DNA of 64,000 nucleotides from Phoronis australis (taxonomy: Eukaryota; Animalia; Phoronida): the NCBI GenBank assembly GCA_002633005.1, contig NMRA01000453.1, positions 62,001 to 126,000 on the forward strand. Reading direction: 5' to 3'. The translations under genes were made by a program, and so were the position numbers. The notes under the pieces were generated by a model, which did no database searches, was not told where the DNA came from, and worked only from the letters and a program-made list of their open reading frames with translations. Positions 25,988 through 40,200 of this stretch are shown in pieces. Each line of letters begins with the position of its first letter. Position 1 is the stretch's first letter.

Positions 25988-26580
25988 AAGGTACCTAAGT
26001 TCGAGGAATTACAGGACAAGGATTGCTTTTTGGAAAGATTCGCCGAGAGCCAGGGTTGGACCCAGAGTGAATGGGTAATCTGTCTTAGTGCCTTGTTTAC
26101 TGGCAAGGGTCTACAGGTTTACACCAGCCTGGACTATGTTGAACTCAAAAGGGCCTTACTGTCTTAGCATGAACTGTCTGATAGTTTTCACAAGCAGATC
26201 CGGGAAGCAAGGACAGAGTGGCAAGACGGCTTACCAGTTCGTGGCCCTCATGGAGCGCTAGCCAGAAGGTGGATCTATATGCCGACTGCAGCAAAGATTT
26301 CGCTGAGTTAATAGACCTGTGGGATGCATGAGCAATACGTGAACACCCGGGTGGAGCTAAATAGCTGTCTCGCAGCGAGAAAATTTTAGCCAAAATCACG
26401 TGCTCTCATTGAAAATGCACGGCGATATCTCGCAAAAGCTTGCTTTTCTAGCAGTGGTGATAGAGTTGTTAACTTCTACCATGGCCTTGCTCCTGCGAGA
26501 ATGGACAAGCCAGTCTTTTCCAGAGATGGTTAGCTTGGCAGAAAAGTATATTAAGACCTTCGGAGTAGACATTACAAGTA
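25988..26580 (+). mobile_element. Gypsy (Gmr1-like) gag relic
   Basis: KVPKFEE...FLERFAESQGWTQSEWVICLSALFTGKGLQVYTSLDYVELKRALL; downstream LLRE...EMVSLAEKY; frameshifted. Confidence 0.75.
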
Positions 26581-27779
26581 CTCAATCGTCAATGAAAAGG
26601 TCCAACAACAACCAGTCAAGCAAGACACCCAGAAGGTCGACCAGAAGAAGACTGACCTCGCAGAGGAAAAGTGCTTCTTTTATGGATTTCTCAGTGTATT
26701 TGACATTCCTCGTAGTAAAATTTTGAACCTTTTGTTGCCGCTCAGTCATTGGATAAAGCAACGTAAAATTTATCAAAAAAGGACTTAACACTGATTTTCA
26801 ACGTGGTTTTACTAATTTTCTGACTGAATGCGACTCTTATTTCACCAATTAACCAGTAGTTGTATAATAAAAACATGTACATAAATTTTAGAATTGAGAA
26901 TAGCAATTGATAGTCTGAAAGTGGATTTCTGTGATGAAGATACTAAGTGTACTAACTATGAATTGTTTGTACCTAATTTTGCAATTGCATATTTATCATG
27001 TCGCTTCAAAGCTAAATCAAAACTACACTTAAAGGTGTTATATAAGAGACTTCTCTTAAACATTAACTATAGATTTAATGCAGTAACCGCGAGTAACTAC
27101 TTTAAAGCTGGTCTCAACTTGTTTTTTTACTCTCGATACAGTTGTATTTTGGCTTGGTAGTTTGCTATTGCCTGGCAACAAACTCGACAAGTTGACCCGT
27201 CACAGTGTGCCACTTTATGCGCGGAATGCGGCGAACATGTCACCCTTGCTTTTTGGCATAGACCCAGATGCCAAGCTTTTTAATACGAAACACCCACTTT
27301 CAATCCAGTTGTCTCGTTTCTTCATTCTCAAATATCAACGACTATGGAACAACTAATCATTTGTCTGTTTGTCATGAACATTGTTATTTGCCAGATTTCA
27401 CTTTTTTTGTAACAGAACAATCGTAAAAATGTGCCCCAATGTCTCTTGTTCACGGTAACACACACTGCATGTATCTTCCAGTGTCTCTTGTTTACGTAAC
27501 ACACACTAGCTGCATGTATCAGAATCACTATTTTTTCCGCATAAATGAGTTTATTTACAAACTTCTATGGAAAGTCCGTCATTGCAACTTATGCAATGAT
27601 CAACATGTATCCACGGTACATTTCAAACTTGCACCATAGATGTTTGCTCATAAAGCATTTATCTGCAAATGGCTTCTTCATAGCAACTGTGAGGGATCCA
27701 TTTTCCAAAACCTGGTCTTGATAGGGCAAAATCTTCGTGAAACACTGAAATTATTTCCCTGCTGGTTTAATTAGTTTTT

Positions 27780-28146
27780 CTGGTTCATTTCCTTTTTATG
27801 TTACTATTACACCTTATTATTTTTCGCATTTTAGTAACACTCTTGGTTTTGAGAATTAAAGAAAAAAATTAAACCTGTTAGGTATTAGAAATAATGATTA
27901 TATATTAATTAAATTATTAATCGTTTGCTTCTTCTGTAATCATACACCATCAAGAAATGTTGAGGGGCTTTCTAATTACTATATGGCTTCTATGCAATTC
28001 GGTTGAAAAGCGGCGGAGTTGCGAAATGTTTTAGTGACAGTAAATTCCAACATCGGAACCACCGGATGCAAACAAATGCCACGCATGCTTGGCGCAATCT
28101 CACGAGCACGAGATCGAAATTGGGATTTCAGGGCTAGAGTTCTATG
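27780..28146. repeat. Diverged dispersed repeat shared with about 7066-7343, ending CTAGAGTTCTATG (P-like terminus)
   Basis: Shared blocks GTTCATTTCCTTTTTAT...GTAACACTCTT and CACGCATGC...GGCTAGAGTTCTATG. Confidence 0.55.
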
Positions 28147-29309
28147 GTCTTACATACTACTGGCGCCTCCCTCGGCTGGGGCCCATATTGAAGGGAGGAC
28201 AGAGACATGCCTCGAAGGTAATTTCTTACTTCGTCCTTGATGAATTTGGAGTCGAGATTATCTCTACAATGGGGATAAATTAGGAAATTTAATGGAAGAG
28301 TTACCGACTTGTTAGTGGCCAAATTTTTTACTCGAAGCTCAGTGAAGTACTGGAGCTTCAAATCCTATATTTCACCGGGCTGTGACTGTTCGCCCCCAAA
28401 GTTATGAGGGGTCTCCAACATCTCTTGAAACGCCTCCAAGGGATCGCAATTTCCACGCGTGTGTTGCAAGGTCTCGCTCTCGTGTTGCAAAATTTGGAAT
28501 TGTTGGACAAGTTAAAAAGTTCTGGAGAAAAAATTCTCATCAAAATAGGAGCAAAGAGGTCGCAACTGTCTTAAAATGACTTTTCATGTTTTTGAGATTC
28601 AGGAGGTGCGTTAATCCGTGACAATTTTGTGGGCGTGACGAAGTTCAAAGCCAAATGACAACATGATTACAATGAAGATAACGATTCGAAATTTCCCTGC
28701 ATAAATAACCTGCAAATATGCGTTAGACAGATGAGCGGCATTTACCCAACGTAGATCAGTCCTGGCGATTTTGTCGCATCAATATTTGCCTACTGTTGGC
28801 AAAGATCATAAACACTGCAATTGTTCTTAACATGTCTCTCTAACTCGCTAATAACCTCGCCATGATGTTGCTGCAGGTTTTTGTCAAAATTTGGATCAAA
28901 ACCCAATACATTAAATTGTGCAATCTCACCGTATTCATTATGACTAAGGGTTAATTATGGTAAGGAATCAAGACGACTGAAGTCACAAGAAACGGTTTTG
29001 TCTGATTGCCACGATCATTAAAATTTGGATTGTGTCAATTTTAATAGAGTACGTTTATTTTGCGTTGGGGTACCAATATGTGCACATCTCTTTGATGATT
29101 TACGCTTTTATCGAAAATTGAACGGGCAGGTTTGTCGCCAAAGGGATCCCAGTATAGTTCTTTGCCCAGTGGTCCAAGAAAGTGTTTGGGCGGCTAAGCG
29201 TGTGCTGTTCCTAAATCCCCACAATCAAGGCCGACGTGAGCAGGTGCAACACTTGTATGTCAGTCCACCTTGATAAAGCTGCTAGCTACTTTCTCAAAAC
29301 GTACGTCTA

Positions 29310-29640
29310 TCGTAGGACCAGCGCGACATAAGTATGATTTATTACTGAAATACTTCGCGATTTATTCCAGTAACAATTTTTTAGCCGATGAGAGGCCAGG
29401 AATAATTACTGTAATAAATATTTATCACTGTAAATATTTATTACAGTAATTATTCCTGGCATCTGATTGGTTGATTTATTCCAGTAATGAATATTTATTA
29501 CAGTAATAAATATTAATTACAGTAATAAATATTTATTAGAGTAATTATTCCTGGCTTCTGATTGGCTAAAGAATTTTTACTGGAATAAATCGCTAGATAT
29601 TACTGTAATAAATAGGACTTATGTCGCACTTGGCCTACGA
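29310..29640. repeat. AT-rich foldback/palindromic element of about 330 bp
   Basis: About 110-bp imperfect terminal inverted arms (TCGTAGG..GCGACATAAGT..GCGATTTATTCCAGTAA..GCCAGGAATAATTACT) and internal GTAATAAATATTTATT repeats. Confidence 0.85.
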
Positions 29641-30863
29641 AACACGTCGCAGACGGCCAACACGAGGATGTCGACTATTCGTCACAAGAGAGGGACTTAC
29701 TTAGACTTATGTCATTAAGATAATGTTATTTCCCACAGCGGCCATGCCCAATACGCAAGTTTACCATTTAGAATAGGAACACATCTGGCAAAACTTGCAT
29801 ACTAAAAAACAGATGAATGCAAAATATGTTCTAAAAATGGACTCGATATCATTCGTTTTCTCATTTATTGGTGGATTAGTCTCAGTCCGAAGTTCCTTCA
29901 AACCATCACGTGCAGTGGAAAAAAGAACTTTAAACAATTGTAAGGTTACATGTGTGTAGGACCTGCGCAAGTCTGTGCGTTGGGCCAAATATGTGCTAGG
30001 CTATTAAATTCAACTAAGAAATATTATATATAATTGTTTTTTGAAAGCAGAGTTTAATTTTGACTTTATACCAATCTGCTTTTGATCGGATCACGTGACC
30101 GCCTATTTTAGTAAAAGTTGACAAAACAGAGGGGTCAATAACACGACCAAATTCCAATTTGTTCAAGCTTTAAGATGAAATCTCAGAAACGCTGTTGTAT
30201 TTTTCTAAGCTATCAACTTTAGGAACAAGATTGCTTGTCTAAATTTATAAAGACCTGATAAAAAAGGAATTTAGTCTATAAACCGAAATGAAACTCTGCT
30301 TATTAAAGCGGCATTATGCTTGTGCTCTCTAGGATGTAAAACAACTTTTGTTTTACTCCACCAGAGATACTGCTCAGAGACACTGACACGTTGAATTTGT
30401 CTAGGCGAATTGTCGTAATCAATTTTACTTTTATAATAAGAAGGCAATGATGTCGTGTTGGAAGCGTAAATGTCAAAGTGACGAAAGTTGTTTTTGACAC
30501 GAAGACACTATTTCTAGCCGCTTTATCTCAAGGGTTTGAGTTTCCAGTAACTTCGCGTGAAAATTTTTCGTTTTCCAAAACTTTTCAAAGAATTAAAAAT
30601 TTTGCTAATGTAAATTCAAAAACGCTAGGAAGTGCAAAGATAGTTAACTTTCTTCTCGAGTTAATCAAAAATGCGTTTGTTTTTTTAACTTGGTCGTCCT
30701 TTTATGAATTTAAGTCAGTAATATTGTCAATAAACAGCACAGCTGTTGTCATTAAAAGAGGGAGTACATTTTGTGAGACACACTGTACATGTATACGATA
30801 CCATCGTAAGAAAACTGAGGAATATTGTACCGAGTGAACCAAAAATAAAACTTGTCATAAATC

Positions 30864-30869
30864 TTTATT
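30864..30869 (-). promoter_or_regulatory. Candidate polyadenylation signal (AATAAA) of the SLC1 gene
   Basis: AATAAA on the minus strand about 220 nt after the stop; a second one lies at 31062-31067. Confidence 0.35.
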
Positions 30870-31085
30870 TATGATCTGTGTAAAAACATTTTAGTGAAAT
30901 AAGCCCCTGTTATACTGCTTATGTTATGAGTATACTGTTTACTGTAGTGAACTTAAATATTCATATATCAATCTTTCGCGGAAGCTTACTCTGTCTAAAA
31001 GCACGATTCCCTGGATCCACGTGGAGGAGAGTTCAAGCTGTTGAAGAAGTGCACCTCGAGGTTTATTTTTGCACGGCTACTGAAA

Positions 31086-31254
31086 TTACATCTGAGTTTG
31101 TTCTGTGTCTGACTCGAATGCAGGATTCTGGATGCCTTTCTCCAACTCAGCATTCTCTTCGTCCAGCATATCTAACTTCTCTTTGGTGTATCTATACACT
31201 ATTCCGCAGCCAAAACTGTCCCCCAAAACATTGATCATTGTGCGGAAGCGGTCC
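31086..31254 (-). CDS. SLC1A: SLC1 exon 9 (TM8b and C-terminal tail, stop)
   Basis: gtttccag|, [55 protein letters not shown]. Confidence 0.94.
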
Positions 31255-34200
31255 CTGGAAACAAAGAATCACTTTAGCTACTTCAAAGCCTCAAAATCCA
31301 ATAGACATTTTCACTTCGTGCCGTGTGCACGACAAAACGAAATTGTTTTGCGGGTAAGTCGTATGACCATCAGATATGAAGATGACCGGACCGTCCAAGC
31401 TCTGCAACAGCGGTAAAAACAAAGCAAGAAAGAGTTGAAGTGAAAGAAACTCGTCGGTTACCTAACCATTGACAATTAGATGTCAGCATTAACCAACTCC
31501 TCGTTGCTGAGAGCATCGAGAAATGGAAACGAATAGGAGAAATTCCCCCTAAATTCAGACCAACAACTGCTACATCTGCTTCAAAAACAAAAGCCGCTGT
31601 TGTTACACCGCCAGCAGTGCTCACACTATTCTACCTTTGGGAAAATTGTGTTGTCTTATATAGGAACATAGAACTAGTTACATGGTGGAACACGTCTTAC
31701 ATTAACTGGCAGGTTTTAGTTGTGTTTAAAACGGACGAAGCAGGGGCTCATAAGTTTGGGAACGACATGATGTACACGTATGACACTTGCTTAAACCGGC
31801 CATAATCCAACGTTTCGTCCCAAAAGCGATCTTCTGATTTAGACCCTGTTTTAAAGGTTAAAACGCCATAAAATTGACCTCAATTTGCTTCTTACTCAGA
31901 TGAGAGGTGATTTCTTTAATTGCACAGAACTGACGTGTCGTTATTCTTCGAGACAGTGCTGGGAGCACAAAACGACACGCAGCAACATGACCACTTTCAG
32001 AGCCTGGTTTCAAACAATAACGAACTGTAAGTTCTTTCGAAGTCTTATAATCAGTTTCCATTTCAGACCAGTTTGACTGCGGTAAGTTTAAAGGAGCACG
32101 CCACCCAAAAACAACCTAATTTGTATCAATTTAGATCGAGTAGTTCTACTCCATAACGACGGTTGCGTTACCTGACACCTGACGGCAGACGGAGTTGTTG
32201 AAATTACCCAATGACGTCATCGGTTTCACACGCAGTCTGTTCAGCAGTTCACAACCGGGTTACTGGTGTCAGTTTATCGCTTAAAGTCATCGTTTAACAC
32301 CAATATATCATCAAAATTCGATGTAAAACCCTTAAAATACACCGAGTTCTTATAAAACCGTGTTGTTTTATTTCGCTCTTACGGATTTATTAGTATTTGG
32401 ACACACCGTGGCCTACAAAGTTCGGCAGGACAATAAGGCCGTAGCAGGCAGTTCGGGGTCTGTTCGGAGATAATTTCGAAGTATTTTTCGTGAGATACAG
32501 ACAGGAGAACCTAGATCTGTGTTGTTTAGACTTGTGATTTTTTTAGTTCTAAACACAAAACGTTTGTTATCCTGGCCAGTGGCTAGGAGCCCGATCAGGC
32601 CCGTGGCGGCCGGCCGGACGGACTCCGTTATCCCGGCCAGTGGCTCGGAAACAGATCAGATATCGCGAACATTAACGAGCCGAAGTTCAGTGGAAACTAA
32701 ACTTCCAGTCAAGAAAATACTATAGTAGTGAGCCAAAGTAATGTGCACGTGATTATGTTGGTGAATTAGCCACGAAACTGCAAATCTACTTACTCGTCGG
32801 GGGCCGCGAATTCAGGTTGGCCGCTTTCGGCCACAGCACCGTCAGGGCAGAAGTTGTACATTGACAATCATTATTTGAGTAATGTAAATGTAAGTAAAGA
32901 TTCCCCTAACACCTGGTCGTGGGATGGAAATCGAGTTGTTTCACAGCAGTTTCTGCCAGCAAACACTAAATTAGCATGAGCTCACTCACGGCCTCGGTGT
33001 TCCGTCGGTCAATTAGTTTTATTGCAGCCGGTAACGCAGTGATTTGTTCATTGCTGGCTTCTCAAATCATTTGCACTCACGAACACTCCAAAGGCATTAA
33101 AAACTGCATCTAATGAGACAGACTTTGTTTCAGTTTTATATAAGCATTGGTTAGGGTGAGAATAATTCATTTTGAAACAGAACGCTCAGTAATAAACGCC
33201 AACATGGCAACTCGCAATCCCCAGGACGAGCTAGAGCTCACCAGTCCCGACTTCGCAGGTGGATCGTTAAGTTTCACAGGCTATCAATTCGAACATGAAG
33301 AATTACTAGAGAGGCGCCGTGAACAAGCTCGGACAATGGTAAGTTATTTGGTAAGCCGGCATTCGTCAGGCAAGTACTGTCGACGTCTGCAGGCCACAGA
33401 CACGGAGATGTTTCACGGCCTCATACTTGCTATTTACAGCGTACATTTCATTCTTCACTACCATGAGCCACTTCCTAGACATTTCGGACTCTCGAGGAAG
33501 TAAAAAAAACGATATACCCGTTTTCCTCGCAACTGCTTAGTTCGGACAAGCGGGAACGATGCACCGCAACAAAGCGGCATTCACTCTGCATATGAACCAC
33601 TGACGTCGCTAGCGTCGTTTCTCACCTTCCTCACAGGTTAACGCGACACCTTTTGGCAAGGTAAGGTCGACTGTATGCGAGGCGATGTGGATGTAGACCG
33701 ATCAAGACAGCAAAAAAGACTAATTTAATCGGGTGGCATTCTCCTTTAAGTTATCTAAACCAAGTTAGATTTGTGATGGAATGCAAGTTTATACCCGTTC
33801 CAAATATGTGTTGTTTTGTGAGCAAACAAAAGTTTTGTTTTCAAAAACTTTGTCGCAGTTTTGAAGAAAACGCACTACGGCCAATGCAACGCGGAATGTG
33901 ATTACTTACAAGAACCAATCAATAGCGATGATGTAAGCGATGTCAGTCTGTGGCAACCCAACGGCGGTGAGAACAAGAGTCATGGTAACCAGACCGGCAG
34001 AGGGCACTCCAGCCGCGCCAACTGAGGCCAGAGTTGAAGTGACGCTGTTGAGAGAAGAGGCAAAATGTTCAAACGTTCCTTTTTGAGCATTTCACACTAA
34101 GACTACTCACAAGACATAGTGTCGACGTACCTATTTTTCAGATGTCAGTACACTAGTGTTTTAAATTCCTTTTCTTTTCTGTCATTTCGTGGCAATTACC

Positions 34201-37200
34201 ATTCAAACGGGTGATTTGAATTGGAGAGTGCCACCAGTTGCGTGACGATGTTTTTGACGCCGGGGAGCAACAATGCCAAACAGTGCCACTTTGTTTTAAG
34301 ACAACATAATGAATTTTTGCCGATGGGAGAGAGGAGGCTTACTTGTGAATAGGAATTACGTAAGTCAAAAGCTGCCCCGCGCAATGCATAATTATGCAAC
34401 TTTAGAATGAACAAAAACGTGACAAGACAGGGAAGTGAGGTTTGATAAGCTATGCTATGCGTGAATGTCCATAATTTTATATAGTGTTTTCCTTTCAGCG
34501 ATGTCGTAGTAGCTGATGGAGTCAAACGTTCATTAAAATGTAGGCGATTTTTGCAAACAAGCAAGTTTTAACCAGCTTCAAAGAAACTCTGGCAGCTCGC
34601 CACAGAAACGTCGACAATCCTCAAAAAGCGCAATTTTTTTAATGAACTCATGTAGAAAGGCATAACACACTATGTGTTGCTCGTCGCCGGTGTAAAATCC
34701 CGTTTTAAAGCAAAATTAATGTTGAGCGACTAATGACACATTCGTCTACAGATAAGTATGCTCATTTATCCCATACGTGTTGAATCAGTCGAGTGCACTG
34801 TGGCCACGTAATACTGTTTTCCGTATCCACTTCCCGCACTACTTCAACAGTGACCTCTGACATGGAAAGTTCAAAAGGTAGGTCAATGTTAACTCAACGT
34901 CGTTAGCCAGTTCGATCATCAAACTTTCCGAAAATAGTTTAAAGTAATACAAATGCAGCAGTGTACATAACACTCAACATGCAATCGTAACATCTGGAAC
35001 AGGACTATTTATTATATGAAAGTTATATCTCATTTTTCAATTGCTAAATATTATATCGTCTGCAACTCAGGCGCCGATTCCTCGGTAACTACAATATGAA
35101 ATACTGTTGTTATTTACACTGTAACTATTTTTAGGAGATGTTATAAGTTCAATGCACAGTTACCGTTGCTTTCATCTTCGTTATCTCTTTCAAGTAATAA
35201 ATCGTTACATTTACTAGTCAGAGAAAACTTGCAACCTAACGCGCAAGTACATACATATAGGATGTGATCCGCCACGTTCGGTCTCAGTCGATACGCGGAA
35301 TAATATCTTGTGGGATATTAGTTCATCTACGCCACTCTTAGTACGTTTTGTGTATGTATTCATGGTAATTGCTCACAAAAATAAGTATTGAGGCAGTGCT
35401 AATTTTTGTCTATTTACCTTTGTCAAGTCACACCGTATAATAATTTGAAGTAAAAAAGAAAAACAATGTAAAAAGAAAAAGCTGATAGAACAAATTCAAA
35501 GGTTGAAGTGACATAATGGGCGGAAGTGAAACGTGAATAAAATGCACAAAGTTGAAGAGAATCGCAAGAAGTTTTCTAAGGCAACACCTCATTTTTTAAT
35601 AAAAAATATCTTGATTTTCTTTCGAAAATGTTTTTCTTTTTCTTTCATTTTCGCAAAAAACTGCGGTTGAATCCTCCACTTGACCTTCAGAGGTACCGCC
35701 TTTCTCGCAAGTTCACTTTGTGCGGTATGAAATCTCAAGAGTTCGGGGATAACGTTCAAAAATACAATATTCTGGTAATATTTACTCCCCACAAAACTAC
35801 ACAGGTTAGCAGTTACACACATCAGTTCATCCTGTTGTCAAAGAGGATTACGACACTTAGAAAAGCGAGTTTTTGAATACTTACATGTAAGTGCACTGGC
35901 ACATATCAGGAAATTGTTAAGACTAGGGAGGAATTTAAATTGACACGTTAGAGTTACTGAATCCTTGTTTGATCAGTTTTGAAGTGTTTTAAACTGAAAC
36001 TGAACAAGATTTTATAGTTTCCGCTCTTTTGATTTTTCTGCAAACACACTGAGGTTATTATCATTGCAATTGATTGACAATTTTTCAGTCTTTTCAAAAT
36101 ACAACGATTAAATTTATAAGGGATTATTGTTAGAGAATGCAAAAACACACTGCTTTGGGGATTTGTTTGCACTCTAATCAAACTGAAGATCACGATTCAT
36201 TTCGATGTGTAGCACACATAGAAAATCGGTTTAAATTGAATTTCAACCGTCTTATTTATCGAAGTCAGGTCCTTAAAGCAGTAGAGGAAATTATGCGCCC
36301 CATCACTGAATAGTTATCGAAGCGTTTATCAATGAACGGGCAAGTTGACTGGCCGTAACAATCTAACAGAGAACCTCGCACTCTTGGTCTAGTGAACGGC
36401 GTTGAATAAGCAGGTCAATCCACTAACATTAGCTCATGCAACCATAGATTATAGAGACCAGATTTGCGTATTACCCTAGAGGAGGCGCCACTCTCCTAAA
36501 TTATCTGTTTCAGTTTCCGGTTATTGTATTGTGATGGGAAATTCTTGCATCTATTTTACTGTCCAGTACACGAAAAAAAAAATTTCGGCATTGAAACGCT
36601 GTTCAAAGTCTAATAGTAGACTGGTTGGTATCGTGAGTACTTTTAGCAATGCTACTACCACGCGACCATACAACGGCAGACGACGTAATTGGCCAGGTGT
36701 CGCTAGTGAATAATGACGTAACGCCTTGTGCGTAAGAGCACAGCCTCCCGTTCAGTAACGCAAGGACCTCTCTAAAAAGCAAGACTTCGCCAGATTACGT
36801 GAGATATTGCCGTGCATTTTAGATGAGAGCACGTGACTTTGACTAGGTTTTAGCTAAGTGCTAGCGTAGGTCCTAGCGTCTACTGAACGCACGCCAGATT
36901 TCGTCCATTGAAAATATACGGAGTTGACGGTCAATGTACTATAGGCTCTGATGCAACATACAAACACAATCCCAACAAAAGCAACGTCGAGCGTTGAAAG
37001 CGACCACGAATGCACCGCAAACGGTGTGCTTCTAGCCAGGGTTCATCATTTGTTTCATCAAAATGGCCACTACATGGCGCAAAAACGTCCAATCCATCTG
37101 AAAACGGGAACATGCCATCGCTTCTTTAATACAAAGCTATTTACCAATTTGACATTTCATAAAAAACTGCCAAGGACATTCAGAGAAACAAAGGAAAACA

Positions 37201-40200
37201 GAAAAACTGAAATTGTCACTAAGGGGCACAGCGTTCATTGGATCCACCTGAAAGACCTCGTCGTTTGTTTTTAGCTTCATACAGTGTATAAATATAATTA
37301 TTAAATTCAATAAAGATCCTACACTGGGTTTAGGAGATACAGCTATGTGCGCAAAACAAAACAAAATTACCACTAGGAAGCGCCATAGTAGTCGAAATTG
37401 TCATCGTCAACCGTCCTCTTCACACTAAGAACATATACGCCAATTTTCAAAATCATCCTTAGAATGGTTTGGTTGATCGAGGGGTGGACGCTAAAAACAG
37501 ACTCGAAAACAGCAAAACAGCCCCTAGGTGGCGCAAAGTACTTCGATTCCATCCGAAAATCGGAGAATCGTATCATCTCACCAATAGATGCCTATATTCC
37601 AAATTTCCTGCAAATCCGTTGAGGACTACCTTTGAAGGCAGAGGTAAACGTAAAAAAATAAAACTGCCACTAGGGGGCACATCGGTAGTCCGATCCGTCC
37701 GAAAGTTCGCTCATGCCGTTCCATCCATAAATGGAACAAATGTGTGCAAAATTGAACGAACATATTTCAAAGGGTATTGGAGATAGAGCAGCGGACGCCG
37801 GACGCCGGACCCCGGACGGACGGACGGACGGACGGGGATGACGCCATAATGCGTCCACATATAAATATGTGGGCGCATAAAAACGGTGTCAGTGGTTGAT
37901 TAACTTGTCAATTGCCTCAGGAAATTGTATCTGTGTTGAATACGAGAGAATGGATCATCAAAACGAATAGGCAGATTATGGAGTACCATTTAATTCCAAT
38001 ATCAAATATTATAAATCATTGCTTGGTTATAAGGAAATCCATCAGAAACGCAGACACATATTTTAGCGATATGTATGCCTGGGTCAGTCGACATTATATT
38101 TGTATGACTATGCTGTGACGTATGAATGGCAGCTAGATGTAAAATGAGCGATTAATACCCATTTGACTTTCCGAGATAAGTGGCTTGGCTTAGCCGGCAG
38201 CGGATCTTAAGCAACGCTGTCGTTGATTGTCAGTACTGTAGTTAAGAACTCATTTACCTCCGTCGTTATAGCGCGTTTAGGAAATGAAAGTTCGCTGTCA
38301 TCAATATTTCTTATACATTTAGTTGTCAAATTAATGCTCTGTTTGCCATTAGCCTTGGAACAACAGATTAATCGATGGACCTCCATATTATAGCTAGAAA
38401 GATATGTGTGCGACGCAGTGAGGGAGGGCGGTAGAGGTGCGATTACGATAGAGCTCAAATGCGCACATTTCTTTTGTTAGCTTGTCCAATGGACACCAGC
38501 GTGATTAATATTTAAGCGACATAATCGTGGACAAAATTACACGAATTTATCTCAGACAACACTTCGGCAGTTGCCCGGAGATTGTTTCATAAAAATACTT
38601 CGATTTTCTTTCGCGAGTGCATTTTGCTTTTACTTTTGTTTTAAAAAATCTGAGAGGTCATTGACTCTCAGTTCTCCGACCTTTAAGTACCGCCAAACTC
38701 ATGGGGGGAGGGGAATCAACAATTGGTCGGACTTCAAAACCACATGCCCGGACTTCAAAACCAGTCGACTGGACTGCAAAACCGAATGTAGGGTGATCAA
38801 ACGTGTTGTCCAAACTTCAAAACGCCATGGCCTCACCCAAAAACTACGTTGGCCGGACACAAAACACGATGGCCGGTGCTATAACCAGTTGGCCGGTGAT
38901 CAAACACGATGGCCAAACTTCCTCAGAGACTCGCTTTGAATGTCTCGAAGAATTCAAGTGACATCTAGCGTTTGTTTTTCGTGCCCGTTTGTTTGTTTTG
39001 TTCAAAATCGGCGATTTGTCAGGCCATCGTGTTTGAGCACCGGCCAACCCGTTTTAGGTCCGGCCAACCAGTTTTTTGTGTGCGGCCATCTGGTTTGAGG
39101 AACCTGCCAACCTCTTTTGAGGTCCGACCACCAAGTTAGAGCATCGGCCATTGAGTTTTGAAGAAGTCCAGCCAACTGGTTTTGAAGTCCGACCAATTGT
39201 TGATTCCCCCGTTGTAACTCGCAAGCTCATTTCGCCCGTCATGTCAGAATATAGTGTTCAGTCATGAGAATCAACAACTAAATACTCAGTGAAACTCCAT
39301 TAATTTGTAAATAGAGTTATAAGGTTTTTGGAGTTTCAAAACAGGTTTGGCTATTAAAGAAAGCGAGTTTTGTGGAATTGTGCCTCCGACTCGAGCCGCA
39401 GAGTGAATATGAAAATTTTTGAGACTCTGACACCGGCGGATTTCAGTCGATAAGGGAGCATTCACATGTTACGTCATCCAAAATTTGCCACTTTAGCCAC
39501 CTGTCCCCCTTTGTCATCACCCGTCATCATGATAAATCCACCCGTCCAGTTCTAATTATGTCATCATAGCCAAACAATCCACTGCTTCTGCAAGAACTGA
39601 CAGTTGGTTGGAGATTCCGTCTTAACGATTCTAATGACAAACTAACAGCGCTTTACAATCATAGTTGCATTTGCCGCTGTTGTATTCAGCAATGAATTAA
39701 AGTACGCCATTTCAACTATCAAACCAAAAATAATGAATATTTCCATACCAAACTAAGTCAGAGGAGCGAGGATAGGGCGGGAAAAACGAAATGTTTTAAT
39801 AAGGGCGGCCTTTTTATGCGCCCAAATATTTAAATTTGGGTACCAATGGCTGTCATCATGGCCGCGTCAGCTGCTGTATCTTGTAAATACCTTACGAGAT
39901 CTTAATGAGATTTGACAGATGTTTATCTATAAAGCAGACGATGACATCGGATTTCGGGCCGATCCAACTACCGCTCTGGACCCTAGTGGCAATTTAGTTT
40001 TGTATGTTTGCATCTTTTGAGTTCCTTGGTGGATTGCCATGAAATTTGGCAAATAGGTTTTTATTAAGAAGGCAATGACGTCTTCTAATTTTCGGACGGA
40101 CTTAACGTATTTTGCGCCGCCTGGTGGCCATTTTAGTTTTTTAGAACGTTTTTGTCGTTAACTTCTCTATCCGCCAAACAATTTAAAGAATCATTTTGAA

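Noticed and set aside
38710-39209. About 21-bp periodic repeats resembling a repeat-spacer array
   Set aside because: The units are degenerate tandem subrepeats mirrored in two inverted arms, which is a foldback MITE.
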